A stretch of 55,841 bases of DNA. Source: Chiloscyllium plagiosum (Eukaryota). Shown here piece after piece: positions 23,225-34,975 of the stretch (position 1 is the first letter of the stretch; each line of letters begins with the position of its first letter). The stretch covers positions 11,948,330-12,004,170 of the forward strand of contig NC_057753.1 of assembly GCF_004010195.1 (NCBI RefSeq), given 5' to 3'. The notes beneath the pieces are model-generated. The model was not told where the DNA came from. It was given only the letters and a program-made list of their open reading frames with translations, and ran no database searches. A program made the position numbers and the translations under genes.

Positions 23225-25262
23225 AAGAAGGATTTTATACCCTTGTTTAAGAGGGGTAGCAGGGATAATCCAGGTAATTACAGACCTGTGAGCCTGATGT
23301 CAGTGATAGGGAAGCTACTGGAAGCGACAGGATATATACCAATTTTGGAAGAAAATGGGCTTATCAGTGATAAGCTACGTGGTTTTGTTCAGGAAAGATC
23401 ATGCCTTACAAACCTAATAGAATTCTTTGAAGAGGTGACAAGGTTGATTGATGAGGGTAGGAATGTAGATGTGATATACATAGACTTCAGTAAGGCATTT
23501 GATAAGGTTCCTCATGGTAGGCTGATGAAGAAGCTGAAGTCACATGGGGTCCAGAGTGTACTAGCTGGATGGATAGAGAACTGGTTGGGCAACAGGAGAC
23601 AGAGAGTAGGAGTGGAAGGGAGCTTCTCAAAGTGGAGACCTGTGACCAGTGGTGCCCTACAGGGATTCGTGGTGGGACCACTGTTGTTTGTGGTATACAT
23701 AAATGATTTGGAGGAAGGTGTAGGTTGCCTCATTAGCAAGTTTGCAGGTGGAGTAGCAGATAGTGAAGGGGACTGTCAGAGAATACAATTGACAATAGGT
23801 GCAGGAGTAGGCCATTCTGCCCTTCGAGCCTGTACCACCATTCAATATGATCATGGCTGATCATCCTTAATCAGTATCCTGTTCCTGCCTTATCTCCATA
23901 ACCCTTGATTCCACTATACTTGACAGCTCTATCCAACTCTTTCTTAAATGAATCCAGAGACTGGGCCTCCACTGGTCTCTGGGGCAGAGCATTCCACACA
24001 GCCACCACTCTCTGGGTGAAGAAGTTTCTCCTCATCTCTGTCCTAAATGGTCTACCCCATATTTTTAAGCTGTGTCCTCTGGTTCGGCACTCACCCATCA
24101 GCGGAAACATGTTTCCTGCTTCCAGAGTGTCCAATCCTTTAATAATCTTATATGTCTCAATCAGATCCCCTCTCAGTCTTCTAAACTCAAGGGTATACAA
24201 GCCCAGTCGCTCCAGTCTTTCAGCGTAAGGTAGTCCCGCCATTCCAGGAATTGACCTCGTGAACCTATGCTGGACTCCCTCAATAGCCAGAATGTCTTTC
24301 CTCAAATTTGGAGACCAGAACTGCACACAATACTCCAGGTGTGGTCTCACCAGGGCCCTGTATAGCTGCAGAAGAACCTCTTTGCTTCTATACTCAATCC
24401 CTCTTGTTATGAAGGCCAGCATGCTATACAGCAGAAATTCGATACATTAGAGAGTTGGGCAGAGAAATGGCAGATGGATTTCAATCAGGACAAATCCGAC
24501 CTGATGCATTTTGGAAAATCCACGAGCGAACTATACAGTAAATGGAAAGATCCTGGGGAAAATTGATGTACAGAGAGATCTGAGTGTTCAGGTCTATTGT
24601 TCCCTGAAGGTGGCAACGTCGGTCAGTATAGTGTTCAAGAAAGAATACAGTATGCTTTCCTTCATTGGATGGGGTATTGAGTACAAGAGTTGCAGGTCAA
24701 GTTGCAGGTGTATAAGACATGGTTCGGCCACATTTAGAATACTGTGTATAGTTCTGCTCATCACATTACCACAAGGATGTGGATGATTTGGAGACGGTGC
24801 AGAGGAGGTTCACCAGGATGTTGCCTGGTATAGAGGGTGCTAGCTGTGAGGAGAGGTTGATTAGAATAGGATTATTTTCATTGGAAAGAGGGAGGTTGAG
24901 GGGGGATCTCACTGAGGCCTACAAAATCATGAGAGGTGTACACAGAGTGGATAGCAAGAAACTTTTTCTCAGAGTAGAGGACTCAATCATGAGGGGTCAC
25001 GAGTTCAAAGTGAGGGGGCAAAAGTTTAGGGAAGATATACTTGGAAAGTTCTTCATGCTGAGGGTGGTGGGGGCCTGGAATGCGTTGCCAGTGGAGGTGG
25101 TAGAGGCGGGAACGATAGTGTCATTTAAAATGTATCTAGACAGATACATGAATGGGCAGGGAGCAAAGGGACACAGATCCTTAGAAAATAGGCTGCGGGT
25201 TTAGATAGAGGATCTGGATCGGTGCAGGCCTGTTCCTGCGCTGTAATGTTCTTTGTTCTTTT
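23225..25262 (+). mobile_element. CR1/HER1 LINE ORF2 (RT) remnant with a nested opposite-strand CR1 3' end (23790-24425)
   Basis: PLFKRGSRDNPGNYRPVSL, YIDFSKAFDKVPH, GPLLFVVYINDL; nested 183-aa CR1 C-terminal ORF on the minus strand. Confidence 0.92.
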
Positions 25263-25500
25263 TCAAAGTTCTGGATCAGTTGTACAATCTACGAAAAATT
25301 CTCCCTTGCAGGATTGAGGTAGGAGATATATGTGAACACCATGTCCAAATTCCCATCCAGGTCATCCACGACCATGTCCAGTACCACAACAGTAGAAACC
25401 TCCTGCATTAAAATGCTGGGAAACCTGAAGCCTGTCCCCAGTCCCGCTTTAAGCTCCATCCCAATCCCACCAATTCTAACAAATGTTTTAATTTTTAAAA

Positions 25501-25952
25501 TGATTTGGAGGAGCCGCTGTTGGATTGGGGTGTACAAAGTTAAAAATCACACAACACCAGGCTATAGTCCAACAGGTTTAATTGGAAGCACACTAGCTTT
25601 CGGAGCGCCGCTCCTTCATCAGGTGGTTGTGGAGTACACAATTGTAAGGCACAGAATTTATAGCAAGAATTTACAGTGTGATGTAACTGAAATTATACAT
25701 TGAAAAATATCATGATTGTCTGTTGAGTCTTTCATCTGTTCGAATACCATGATACTTTCACTTCTTTCATGTGTAAATCACAAAACTTTTTTTTTTAGAA
25801 GTCGTATTCTCAGGTTAGCTGTAACAACTGGTGTTAGTGAGACAATATGTTGAAGGTGTTAGCCCCCTGTGTTCTCTGTCTATGCCATGATGTTTAGATT
25901 TGATTCTAATCTAAAGAGTGAGATAACAAGAGTTTTACATGAATTCATGCAG
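25501..25952 (-). mobile_element. Penelope-like element 3' fragment with hammerhead motif (family 3)
   Basis: Flanked by TTTAATTTTT(T)-rich duplication; hammerhead at 25590-25626. Confidence 0.65.
25590..25626 (-). ncRNA. Minimal hammerhead ribozyme motif (family 3)
   Basis: Reverse complement CAC-CUGAUGA-A-GGAGC(GGC)GCUCC-GAAA-GCUA-GUG: canonical core, 5-bp stem II, stem I CAC/GUG. Confidence 0.8.
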
Positions 25953-26119
25953 TTTAATTTTTCAAAAAATACCTAATCCTTGTTTTCAGATTACTCCATG
26001 GTCTTCCCCTCTCCCCAGACAAACCTCAACCCTTCCTTCAATCGAAGGTCAATAATCATATTCATTTGATTGGAAGCAAACTGCTTGACTTGGAGGAAAT
26101 TGACAGGACATTCCTCCAG

Positions 26120-26520
26120 GCTAGCCTGCAGCGCAGGCGCAGTGCGGGCCCACTGTCCAAAGAAATGGCCCTGGGCGGGGGAGAGAGAGAGAGAGAGAGA
26201 GACACACACTGTCCGGAGCAGGCGCAGTGCGGGACCCACGCGCCCCTCCACCGTCCTGAGCAGGCGCAGTGCAGCAGACGCCGACTGTCGGGGAGGTGCT
26301 TCTCGCCCAGATCCCGAGCCGGTTGCCCTGGAAACCATTGCACCCGGAGAGGCTGGGGGAGGGGGCGGGACTCCGGGGACCGCGCGCCTGGCCCTGCAGC
26401 CTGGAACCCGAGGACGTCGCCGACGAGCTTCGCGATTCCTATTGGTCGTTTCGGGACGGCTCCAGCCAACGCCCCCCATTGTGGACGTCACGATGCGGAA
26501 GTTGGCCATTGAGGTGCAGA
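26120..26520. promoter_or_regulatory. CpG-island promoter with no adjacent intact gene
   Basis: GCAGGCGCAGTGC x3 (near 26131, 26216, 26258), RFX X-box-like GTTGCCCTGGAAAC 26322-26335, GC box, ATTGG, CRE-like GACGTCAC 26484, ETS CGGAAGT 26496. Confidence 0.65.
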
Positions 26521-26554
26521 GTGGAAGTCCCTCCTCTCTCTCTCATGTCTGGGA

Positions 26555-27020
26555 GCAATGACTGCAGATGCTGGAAACCAGATTCTGGATCAGTGATGCT
26601 GGAAGAGCACAGCAGTTCAGGCAGCATCCAACGAGCAGCGAAAGCCCTTCATCAGGAATAAAGGCAGTGAGCCTGGAGCGTGGAGAGATAAGCTAGAGGA
26701 GGGGTGGGGAGAAAGTAGCATAGAGTACAATGGGTGAGGGGATGAAGGTGATAGGTCAGGGAGGAGAGGGTGGAGTGGATAGGTGGAAAAGGAGCTAGGC
26801 AGGTCGGACAAGTCATGGGGACAGTGCTGAGCTGGCAAGTGTGGCTGTGGTAGCGAGTTTGTTTCACGACATGGTTGAAGAGCTTCAGGGCAGAAGAAAT
26901 GACCTGGGAGTTGCAGTGGGAGAGGGACTCCCCGAGATTCTCGTAGAGAGAGGAGGAAAACTTCTTCAAGGCAGGCATCCTTGGCAAGAGGATTCGCAGT
27001 AGGGTTAAAGTCAACGAGCA
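26555..27020 (-). mobile_element. Penelope-like element fragment with a partly deleted hammerhead (CUGAUGAAGGGC...)
   Basis: Terminal sequence similar to family-1 elements (ACTGCAGATGCTGG...GGCAGCATCC) with a purine-rich segment like 8370-8477. Confidence 0.6.
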
Positions 27021-27324
27021 AAGCGATGTCTGCCCTCTTCCATTTCTCACCCTGGGGAGGAGAAAGAAGGAATACTGTTCCCTTGCAGCAACTGAAGTGA
27101 ATCTAGATTCAGGTATGTTTGTGCCTGGCTGTTAAATACATCCCATGCCCTTTGTTCTCTCAGCTTAACACAATTTTAGGTGGGGGATGGGGTGGTTCTC
27201 CAGGAAGTTGAAGAGGGCATAGGACAGAGCTGTGTTGATGTTGTTACATTGTACATTAGTTATAGTGTCCCAAGTACATCGATTATCATTTCTTGTCTTA
27301 TATCCAAATATCATGTGATGACTT

Positions 27325-28795
27325 GCAAAGACTGATTAAGAATAATCAACATGGCTTTGTGCATGGGAAATCATGTCTCACTAGCTTGAGTGAGTTTTTT
27401 GAAGAAGCAAAGAAGGGGATTGATGAGGGCAGAGCGGTGGACATGATCTATATGGATTTCAGTAAGGCGTTTGACAAGGTTCCCCATGGGAGAATGGTTA
27501 GCAAGGTTAGATCACATGGAATACAGGGAGAACTAACCATTTGGATACAGAACTGGCTCAAAGGTAGAAGACAGAGGATGGTGGTGGAGGGTTGCCTTTC
27601 AGATTGGAGGCCTGTGACCAGTGGTGTGCCACAAGGATCGGTACTGGGTCCACTGCTTTTTATCATTTATGTAAATCATTTAGATGTGAACATAGGAGGT
27701 ACGGTTAATACGTTTGCAGATGACACAAAAATTGGAGGTGTAATGGACAGCAAAGAAGGTTACCTCAGATTACAACAGCATCTTGATCAGATGGGCCAAT
27801 GGGTCGAGGAGTGCCCAATGGAGTTTAATTTAGATAAATGTGAGGTGCTGCATTTTGGAAAGACAAATCAGGGCAGGACTTACACATTTATTGGTAAAGT
27901 CCTGGGGAGTGTTACTGAACAAAGAGACCTTGGAAGGCAGGTTCATATTTCCTTGAAAGTAGATTTACAGGTAGACAGGATAGAGAATGGGCGGCACGGT
28001 GGCACAGTGGTTAGCACTGCTGCCTCACAGCGCCAGAGACCCGGGTTCAATTCCTGCCTCAGGCGACTGACTGTGTGGAGTTTGCACGTTCTCCCCGTGT
28101 CTGCGTGGGTTTCCTCCGGGTGCTCTGGTTTCCTCCCACAGTCCAAAGATGTGCAGGTCAGGTGAATTGGCCATGCTAAATTGCCCGTAGTGTTAGGTAA
28201 GGGGTAAATGTATTGCAGCTGTGCAGGACTTTTGTTAGACCACTTTTAGAATATTGTGTGCAATTCTGGTCTCCCTCCTATCAGAACAATGTTGTGAAAC
28301 TCTAAAGGGCTCAGGAAAGATTGACAAGGATGTTGTCAGGGTTGGAGGGTTTGAGCTATAGAGAGAGGCTGAACAGGTTGGGGCTGTTTTCGCTGGAGTG
28401 TCGGAGGCTGAGGGGAAACCTTATGGAGATTTAAAAGATCATGAGGGACAGGGATAGGGTACATAGACAAGGTATCTTCCCTGAGGTGGGGGAGTCCAGA
28501 ACTAGAGGGTTTGGGTTTATGGCGAGAGGCGAAAAATTTAAAAGGAACCGAAGGGGCAACTTTCTCACACAGACGGTGGGGCGTGCATGGAATGAGCTGC
28601 CAGAGGAAGTGGTGGAGGCTGGTGCAATTGCAGCATTTAAAAGGCATCTGGATGGGTTTATGGATAGGAAGGGTTTAGATAGATATGGGCCAAGTGCTGG
28701 CAAATGGGACGAGATTCATTTGGGACATCTGGTCGGCATGGGCAAGTTGGACCGAAGGGTCTGCTTCCATGCTGTACATCTCTGTGACTCTATTC
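27325..28795 (+). mobile_element. CR1/HER1 LINE ORF2 (RT) plus 3' UTR, interrupted by an HE1 SINE (27989-28212)
   Basis: QHGFVHGKSCLT, YMDFSKAFDKVPH, SGVPQGSVLGPLLF, FADDTKIG. Confidence 0.95.
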
Positions 28796-29058
28796 TGTAT
28801 CTGAAGTTGTTATTGTGAAGAATTGTAAGAGTTTTAAAGGAATGTGTTTTGTGGGTACCTGGACTTGTTTAAAAGGGTAGCTGAAAGGATCTTTCAGATA
28901 TAGAGTCTTTTTCAAACAAAGCATTGCCTCTGAATCGCATGATTTAGTCTGATTGCTTGGACTCGATTTGAGAAAACAGTACTGAATTTACGAGTAACAG
29001 AGATTGAACAGCATTCAAAAGGCGGTTGGAGATTGTTCTGGGTTAGTTGGGAAAAAGG

Positions 29059-29185
29059 AGAAAGTGAGGGCTGCAGATGCTGGAGATCAGAGCTGAAAAT
29101 GTGTTGCTGGAAAAGCGCAGCAGGCCAGGCAGCATCCAAGGGAACAGGAGAATCGACGTTTCGGCCATGAGCCCTTCTTCAGAAA
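29059..29185 (-). mobile_element. 127-bp PLE-derived mini-element consisting of a hammerhead motif plus 3' tail; 16-bp TSD
   Basis: TSD TTAGTTGGGAAAAAGG at 29043-29058 and 29186-29201; the element 5' end is immediately before CUGAAGA. Confidence 0.85.
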
Positions 29186-30634
29186 TTAGTTGGGAAAAAG
29201 GCCTGGTGAGGAATGAAAGCCCCTATTTAAAGTCTCTCCGTAGCCCTTAATTCCTTTACTGTTTAAAAATGTATCTGTCGTAGAGTCATAGAGATGTACA
29301 GCATGGAAACAGACCCTTCGGTCCAACATGTCCGTGCCGACCCAGATATCCCAACCCAATCTAGTCCCACCTGCCAGCACCCGGCCCATATCCCTCCAAA
29401 CCCTTCCTATTCATATACCCATCCAAATGCCTCTTAAATGTTGCCATTGTACCAGCCTCCACCACTTCCTCTGGCAGCTCATTCCATTCCCATACCACCC
29501 TCTGTGTGAAAAAGTTGCCCCGTAGGTCCCTTTTATATCTTTCCCCTCTCACCCTAAACCTATGCCCCTCTAGTTCTGGACTCCCTGACTCCAGGGAAAA
29601 GACTTTGCCTATTTACCCTACCCATGCCCCTCATAATTTTGTAAACCTCTATAAGGTCACCCCTCAGCCTCCGACGCTCCGGGGAAAACAGTCCCGGTCT
29701 GTTCAGCCTGTCCATTTCTGAACAGCGTTGTTCTGAATCCTAAGTGTACACCTGAAGAGGGTCTGGAAGATTGATAGATGTGTTTCTGGAACGAGCAGAG
29801 TCTGCCAAAACTCCAGACACAACTCGACATTTGGTGATCTGGCAACACTATACCGACACTATGTGAACATGACACCCTCTTTTATCTTTCAAAAGTACCC
29901 ACTATTAATCAAAAGTGTTTATTTTTAATCCAAAAGGTGATGGTGAGAAGCCTAATCTTCTTTCATTGACAGGTATATGTTTGTCTTTTTTCAAGAGGGA
30001 AACATTTACACGTCTCTGTTTCAAACCAGATGAACAGCTTTGACAAAACGAGTCGTTTTTAGCAATACTCCAACTGTGTTGATCAGTTCTGCACCTCCAT
30101 GAAGTAAGATTTGCAGTCAATTTTATGATGATTAAAGAAATCTGGTTGATGGATTTTATACTTCTGTAATCCTTTGGGTTTTGAGCATTACTGGGAAGAC
30201 CAAAAATCCCAAATATCCTGCACCAGAGTGAGTTGCCCGGCCATTGCAGAGAGCAGTTAGGAATCAACTACATTATTGTGATTCAGGGATCACACCTTGG
30301 CTGGGTCAGAGAAGGATGGTGAATTTCTTTCTCTAAAGGTTATTAGTGAACTGGATGGATTTTTGCAAAATCAAAGACTAGTCATGTCACTGTTACTGAG
30401 ATTAATTTGATTCCCTACAATATGGATACAGGCCCTTTGGCCCAACCAGTCCACACCGACCCTCTGAAGAGTAACCCACCCAGACCCATTTCCCTCTGAC
30501 TAATGCACCTAACACTGCGGGCAATTTAGCACGGCCAATTCACCCTGACCTGCACGTCTTTGGACTGTGGGAGGAAACCGGAGGAAATCCACGCGCACAC
30601 CATGAGAATGTGCAAACTCCACACAGACAGTGTA

Positions 30635-30962
30635 AAGTGAAGCTGTTGTCTCCTGCTTTCTATTTATATGCTTGTCCTGGATGGGGTTCCTGGGGATTGT
30701 AGTGATGTCATTTCCTGTTTGTTTTCGGAGGGGGGAGGTCGCCACTGACGATGTTACCTAGCCAGGTAATGAAACGTCTGGATATCAAACCTACAGCTCA
30801 GCGAGCTGGGGATTGTAGTGATGTCATTTCCTGTTTGTTTTCGGAGGGGGGAGGTCGCCACTGATGATGTTACCTAGCCAGGTAATGAAACATCTGGATA
30901 TCAAACCTACAGCTCAGCGAGCAAACCTACACCCTAAACCTCAACCTGAGCTACAAACTTTG
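30635..30962 (+). mobile_element. PLE 3' fragment with a 116-bp tandem duplication giving two hammerhead motifs (family 4)
   Basis: Units 30690-30805 and 30806-30921; CUGA(C/U)GA-U-GUUACCU(AGCC)AGGUAAU-GAAA-C(G/A)UC at 30745-30778 and 30861-30894. Confidence 0.8.
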
Positions 30963-30979
30963 CATTATAGAGAGAATCT

Positions 30980-31107
30980 TTGAGAGAAAGTGAGGGCTGC
31001 AGATGCTGGAGATCAGAGCTGAAAATGTGTTGCTGGAAACGCGCAGCAGGTCAGGCAGCATCCAAGGAACAGGAGAATCGACGTTACGGGCATAAGCCCT
31101 TCTTCAT
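30980..31107 (-). mobile_element. Family-1 PLE mini-element with a degenerate hammerhead
   Basis: Near-identical to 29059-29185; flanks CATTATAGAGA and CATTATCGAGA. Confidence 0.75.
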
Positions 31108-32479
31108 TATCGAGATAATACCTACATTTGGCTATATTCTGAACACTCAGCACCGAAAAAAAACCCTTCAGTCCTCCCAATCCATACTAGACATGATTCC
31201 AAACTAACCTCGTCCCACCTGCCTGCGACTGGCCCATATCCCTCCAAACGTTTACTGTTCATGTACTTATCTAAGTGTCTTTTAAACGTTGTAACTCTTC
31301 CAGCATTCACCACTTCCTTAGGAAGTTCATTCCTCACACGAACCACCCTCTGTAAAAATTTGTCCTTTTAAATCCCTTGCCTCTCATTTTAAAAACACAC
31401 CCCCTCGACTTGAAATTCCCAGGGAAAATACACCTACTGTCAATCTTATGTACTGTATACACCTCATGATTTTATAGATCTCTATAAGGTCACCTCCCAT
31501 GCTCCAGTGAAAAACATCCCAGCCTAGCTTCATAACTCAAACCTTCCATACGTGGTAATATCCTGGTAAATCTCTTCCTCACCCTCTCCAGCTTAATTCT
31601 TCCTGTAACTGAGCAACCAGAACTGCATTCAGTACTACAGAAGAGTCCTCACTCATGTCCTGTACAACGTCAACAATTGAATTTATCCTGTGAACCATGG
31701 ACAAGTGGGACTTGAAAGAGAGAGAGGCCATTTTCTTTGATTTGTCACATGTACCTAAGTAGAGTGAAAGGTTTTGCTTTGCATGTAGTGCAGGCAGATC
31801 GTACCATACAAAGTGCATCAGGGTAATGGAAACAGAGTGAGGAATACAACATTATAGTGGCTCGGTGGTTAGCACTGCTGCCTCACAGCGCCAGGGACGC
31901 AGGTTCGATTCCAACCTGTGTGGAATTTGCACATTCTCCCAGTGTACGCGTGGGTTTCCTCTGGGTGCTCCGGTTTCCTCCCACAATCCCTAGATGTGCA
32001 GGTGAGGTGAATTGGCCGTGCCAAATTGCCCATAGTGTTCAGGGATGTGTACGTTAGGTGAATTAGTCAGGGGTAAATGTAGAGTAATGGGGAGTGCGTT
32101 TGAGTGGGATACTCTTCAGAAGGTCAGTGTGGGCTGAAGGGCCTGTTTCCCACACTGTAGGGATTCTAAGGAACGTGCACCAAGAGCCAGATTGACATTT
32201 CAGTTTAAAATTGGAGGGGTCCATTCAGAAATATAACAACAGAGTTTGTGTGGAGTTTGCACATTCTCCCCGTGTCTGTGAGGGTTTCCTCCCACGGTCC
32301 AAAGATGGGCGGGTCGGGTGAACTGGCCATGCTAAAATTGCTCGTAGCGTTAGGTGCATTAGTCAGGAGTGAATGTCGGGGAATGGGTCTGGGTGAGTTG
32401 CGCCTCGGAGGGTCGGTGCGGACTTGTTGGGCCGAAGGGCCTGCTTCCACACCGTAGGGAATCTAATCTTTAAAAAGAA

Positions 32480-32760
32480 AAAGACAGCGGGGAGGAAGCT
32501 GTTCTTGAATCTGTCGGTATGTGTGTTTAAGCTTTTGGATCTCCTGCCCGAAGAACATGGTTGTAAGAAATGGTGGGAGCGTTGGCTGTCTTTCCGAGGC
32601 AGCGAGATGGAAGGTTGGTTTGCGTTAGGGACCGCAGCCTCTCTCAGTGCTGTGCCCCGCGGTGATGCATCCGGAGAGAATGCTTTCGATGGTGCACCGA
32701 TAAACATAGGTAAGAGTGTTTGTGGACTTGCCGAATCTCCTTCGCCTTCCTGAGGAAGTG
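32480..32760 (-). mobile_element. Rex1/Babar-like LINE 3' fragment
   Basis: YRCTIESILSGCITA and SGRRSKSLNTHTDRFKNSF peptides. Confidence 0.7.
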
Positions 32761-33124
32761 ACATGGTCAACAGGAGTCCTAGCTGACATGTCGCAGCACA
32801 ACCCAGTCGGGCTCATATCCCTGCAAGTTAATTCCTCTCGAGTGCTGACCCAGTTTCATTTAGGAATCGTTGACCATCCACAGCCATCACCTTCGTGACC
32901 CTCGACCCCATTGTGAGAAACGGCAACACCTTCGGGAATGTGTAACCTTCAAACTAACCGAAGGGTCTGTTTCCGCACTCTTTAGCCAACAGAGTTTTAC
33001 ATGCGAATGTACCTGCCCCCCCGCACGAAGACTTTGAGGTATCTATGTCATGGACGGGGATTGGTATGGGATCTCCAGGAGAAAGGAGGGACAAGAGGGC
33101 GGGGCAGAGATTGTACATGTTTTG

Positions 33125-33572
33125 GGGAACGTAATATCACGCCAAGATCCGAGAGTGTCACTCGATTCCCTGGAACGCGACTATCGTTGGCTTTTGAATT
33201 GAGGCGAAATAATTGTCTGAAGGTTTGGAGCCTGGAGATGCACTGAGGCACAGGACACATCCTATTGACCGTGCTCCAGCTCACTGACTGCAGAGAGAGC
33301 TTTGACTGTACTGTGGGACACTGTGTACAGTCCTTTCTGCTGTTTCGTCAACGCGAAATGGCTGTGATGCAACGGACGAGGTAGGTGAACGCTGTTTGTA
33401 AAAAGCAAACTTTTGCATGTGTGTTTCCTAGTATGCGATTCCACCCAGTCCTCCCATCTCCTGACCCACCAGCGGCTCCACGCCGGGGAGCGGCCGTTCC
33501 CCTGCCCCATGTGCGGGAAGGGATTCGGTGATGCTTCCCACCTGTCAGCTCACCGGAGCGTTCACAACTGAT
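33125..33572 (+). pseudogene. ZNF relic: family leader plus about 1.5 fingers
   Basis: ATCACGCCAAGAT...CACTCGATTC leader; [42 protein letters not shown]. Confidence 0.75.
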
Positions 33573-33828
33573 TGACCAGTGGGGCGGAGGTGGGCAGGGG
33601 GTATCGAATTCTGCTGTGCCTCTCCAGGACCGAACCGCACTCTGACAGCAAGTGTGCTTCTTTCTTGCTGGACTGGTCGCTCTGCATCCCCTTCCCCTGC
33701 CGCTTAGAGTCGTAGAGATGGACAGCACGGGAACAGACCCTTCGGTCCAACCCGTCCACGCCGACTAAATATCTTAGCCTGATCTAGTCCCATTTCCCAG
33801 CACTTGGCCCATATCCCTCTAACTCCTT

Positions 33829-34197
33829 TGGGGCGGCACAGTGGCTCAGTGGTTAGCACTGCTGCCTCACAGCACCAGGGACCTGGGTTCGATTCCAGCC
33901 TTGGGCGACTGTCTGTGTGGAGTTTGCACATTCTCCCCGTGTTTGTGTGGGTTTCCTCCTACAGTCCAAAGCTGTGCAGGTGATGGTGGATTGGCCGTGT
34001 TAAATTACCCATAGTGCCCAGGGACGTGCAGGTTAGGGTGGATTGGCCGTGCTAAATTGCCCATAGTGTAGACAAGTGCATTAGTCAGTGGGAAACGTAG
34101 AGTAACAGGGGAATGGGTCTGAATGGGTTACTGTTAGGAGGGTCGCTGTGCACTTGCTGCGCCAAAGGGCCCGTTTCCACACTGTCGGAATTCTAAG
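33829..34197 (+). mobile_element. HE1 V-SINE
   Basis: A/B boxes and V core. Confidence 0.85.
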
Positions 34198-34499
34198 ATA
34201 TGTTTCCGACAAAAAGCAGGCCTGAAAGTGGAAAGGAGACCAGGATAAGACCACGCGCAATAACATTCAATGGGCAAGCGGGTTGATTTCCCTACTCCCG
34301 CTCCTTAATACCTGTGATTCAGGGGGAAAGAAAGAACTTGTGGACGCTGGAAATCTGAAACACAAGCAGAGATGGCTAGAGAAACTCAGCAGTGTCCGTG
34401 GGGAGGGAAAGCAGAGAGAATGTTTCAGGTGCGGGGACCCGTCTTTGGAACTGACGTTTCATCAATGCAGTCAGACTGAGACACGGTTCACGTTATCAT

Positions 34500-34700
34500 C
34501 TCCTGGATGTAGGTTTGCTCGCTGAGCTGGAAGGTTCATTTTCAGGAAGTTTCGTCACCCTACGAAGTAACATCTTCAGTGAGTCTCCGGCCGAACATGT
34601 TACCTAATATGGCGACGAAACGTCTGAAAATGAACTTTCCAGCTCAGCGAGCAAACCTACATCCAGAACCTCAACCTAAGCTACCAGTCCTCTCAAAGCT
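34500..34700. mobile_element. Fold-back PLE fragment related to family 4 with a degenerate hammerhead (34541-34581, -)
   Basis: Inverted arms CTGGATGTAGGTTTGCTCGCTGAGCTGGAA.../...TTCCAGCTCAGCGAGCAAACCTACATCCAG. Confidence 0.75.
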
Positions 34701-34719
34701 CACTCATTATCTACTCTCT

Positions 34720-34975
34720 CACAATGGGGAGGAGATGTTTTAAATGTCCAGAATGCAAGGGGTTCTGGGAACTTTGGAGTGGACTGATGTCCCATCGCTG
34801 TGTGCATGCTGATGAAAGAGCATGCGGGAATGGGTTCAAGCTGTCATCTTGCCTCACTGTACTGCAGTGAATTTGCACTGGAGGGGGTGTGTGTGGGTTC
34901 AGCTGCTGCGAGTATGGGGAGGGGATTCACGCAGTCATCCCACCTGCTGAGACAGCAGCGAGCTCACCAGGAACC
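34720..34975 (+). pseudogene. Highly degenerate ZNF relic
   Basis: FKCPECK...HRCVHADER and [17 protein letters not shown] remnants. Confidence 0.6.

Noticed and set aside
25991..26661. Overlapping 130-170-aa ORFs in CpG islands (also 47745-48515)
   Set aside because: Expected from stop-poor GC-rich sequence; low-complexity products on both strands.
27293..28165. Intact or domesticated reverse transcriptase gene
   Set aside because: A 5'-truncated CR1 whose frame runs into a SINE insertion, with stops downstream.
29905..30267. 120-aa ORF in non-repeat sequence (also 25289-25537 and 37241-37552)
   Set aside because: No recognisable domain and no consistent splice-phase support.
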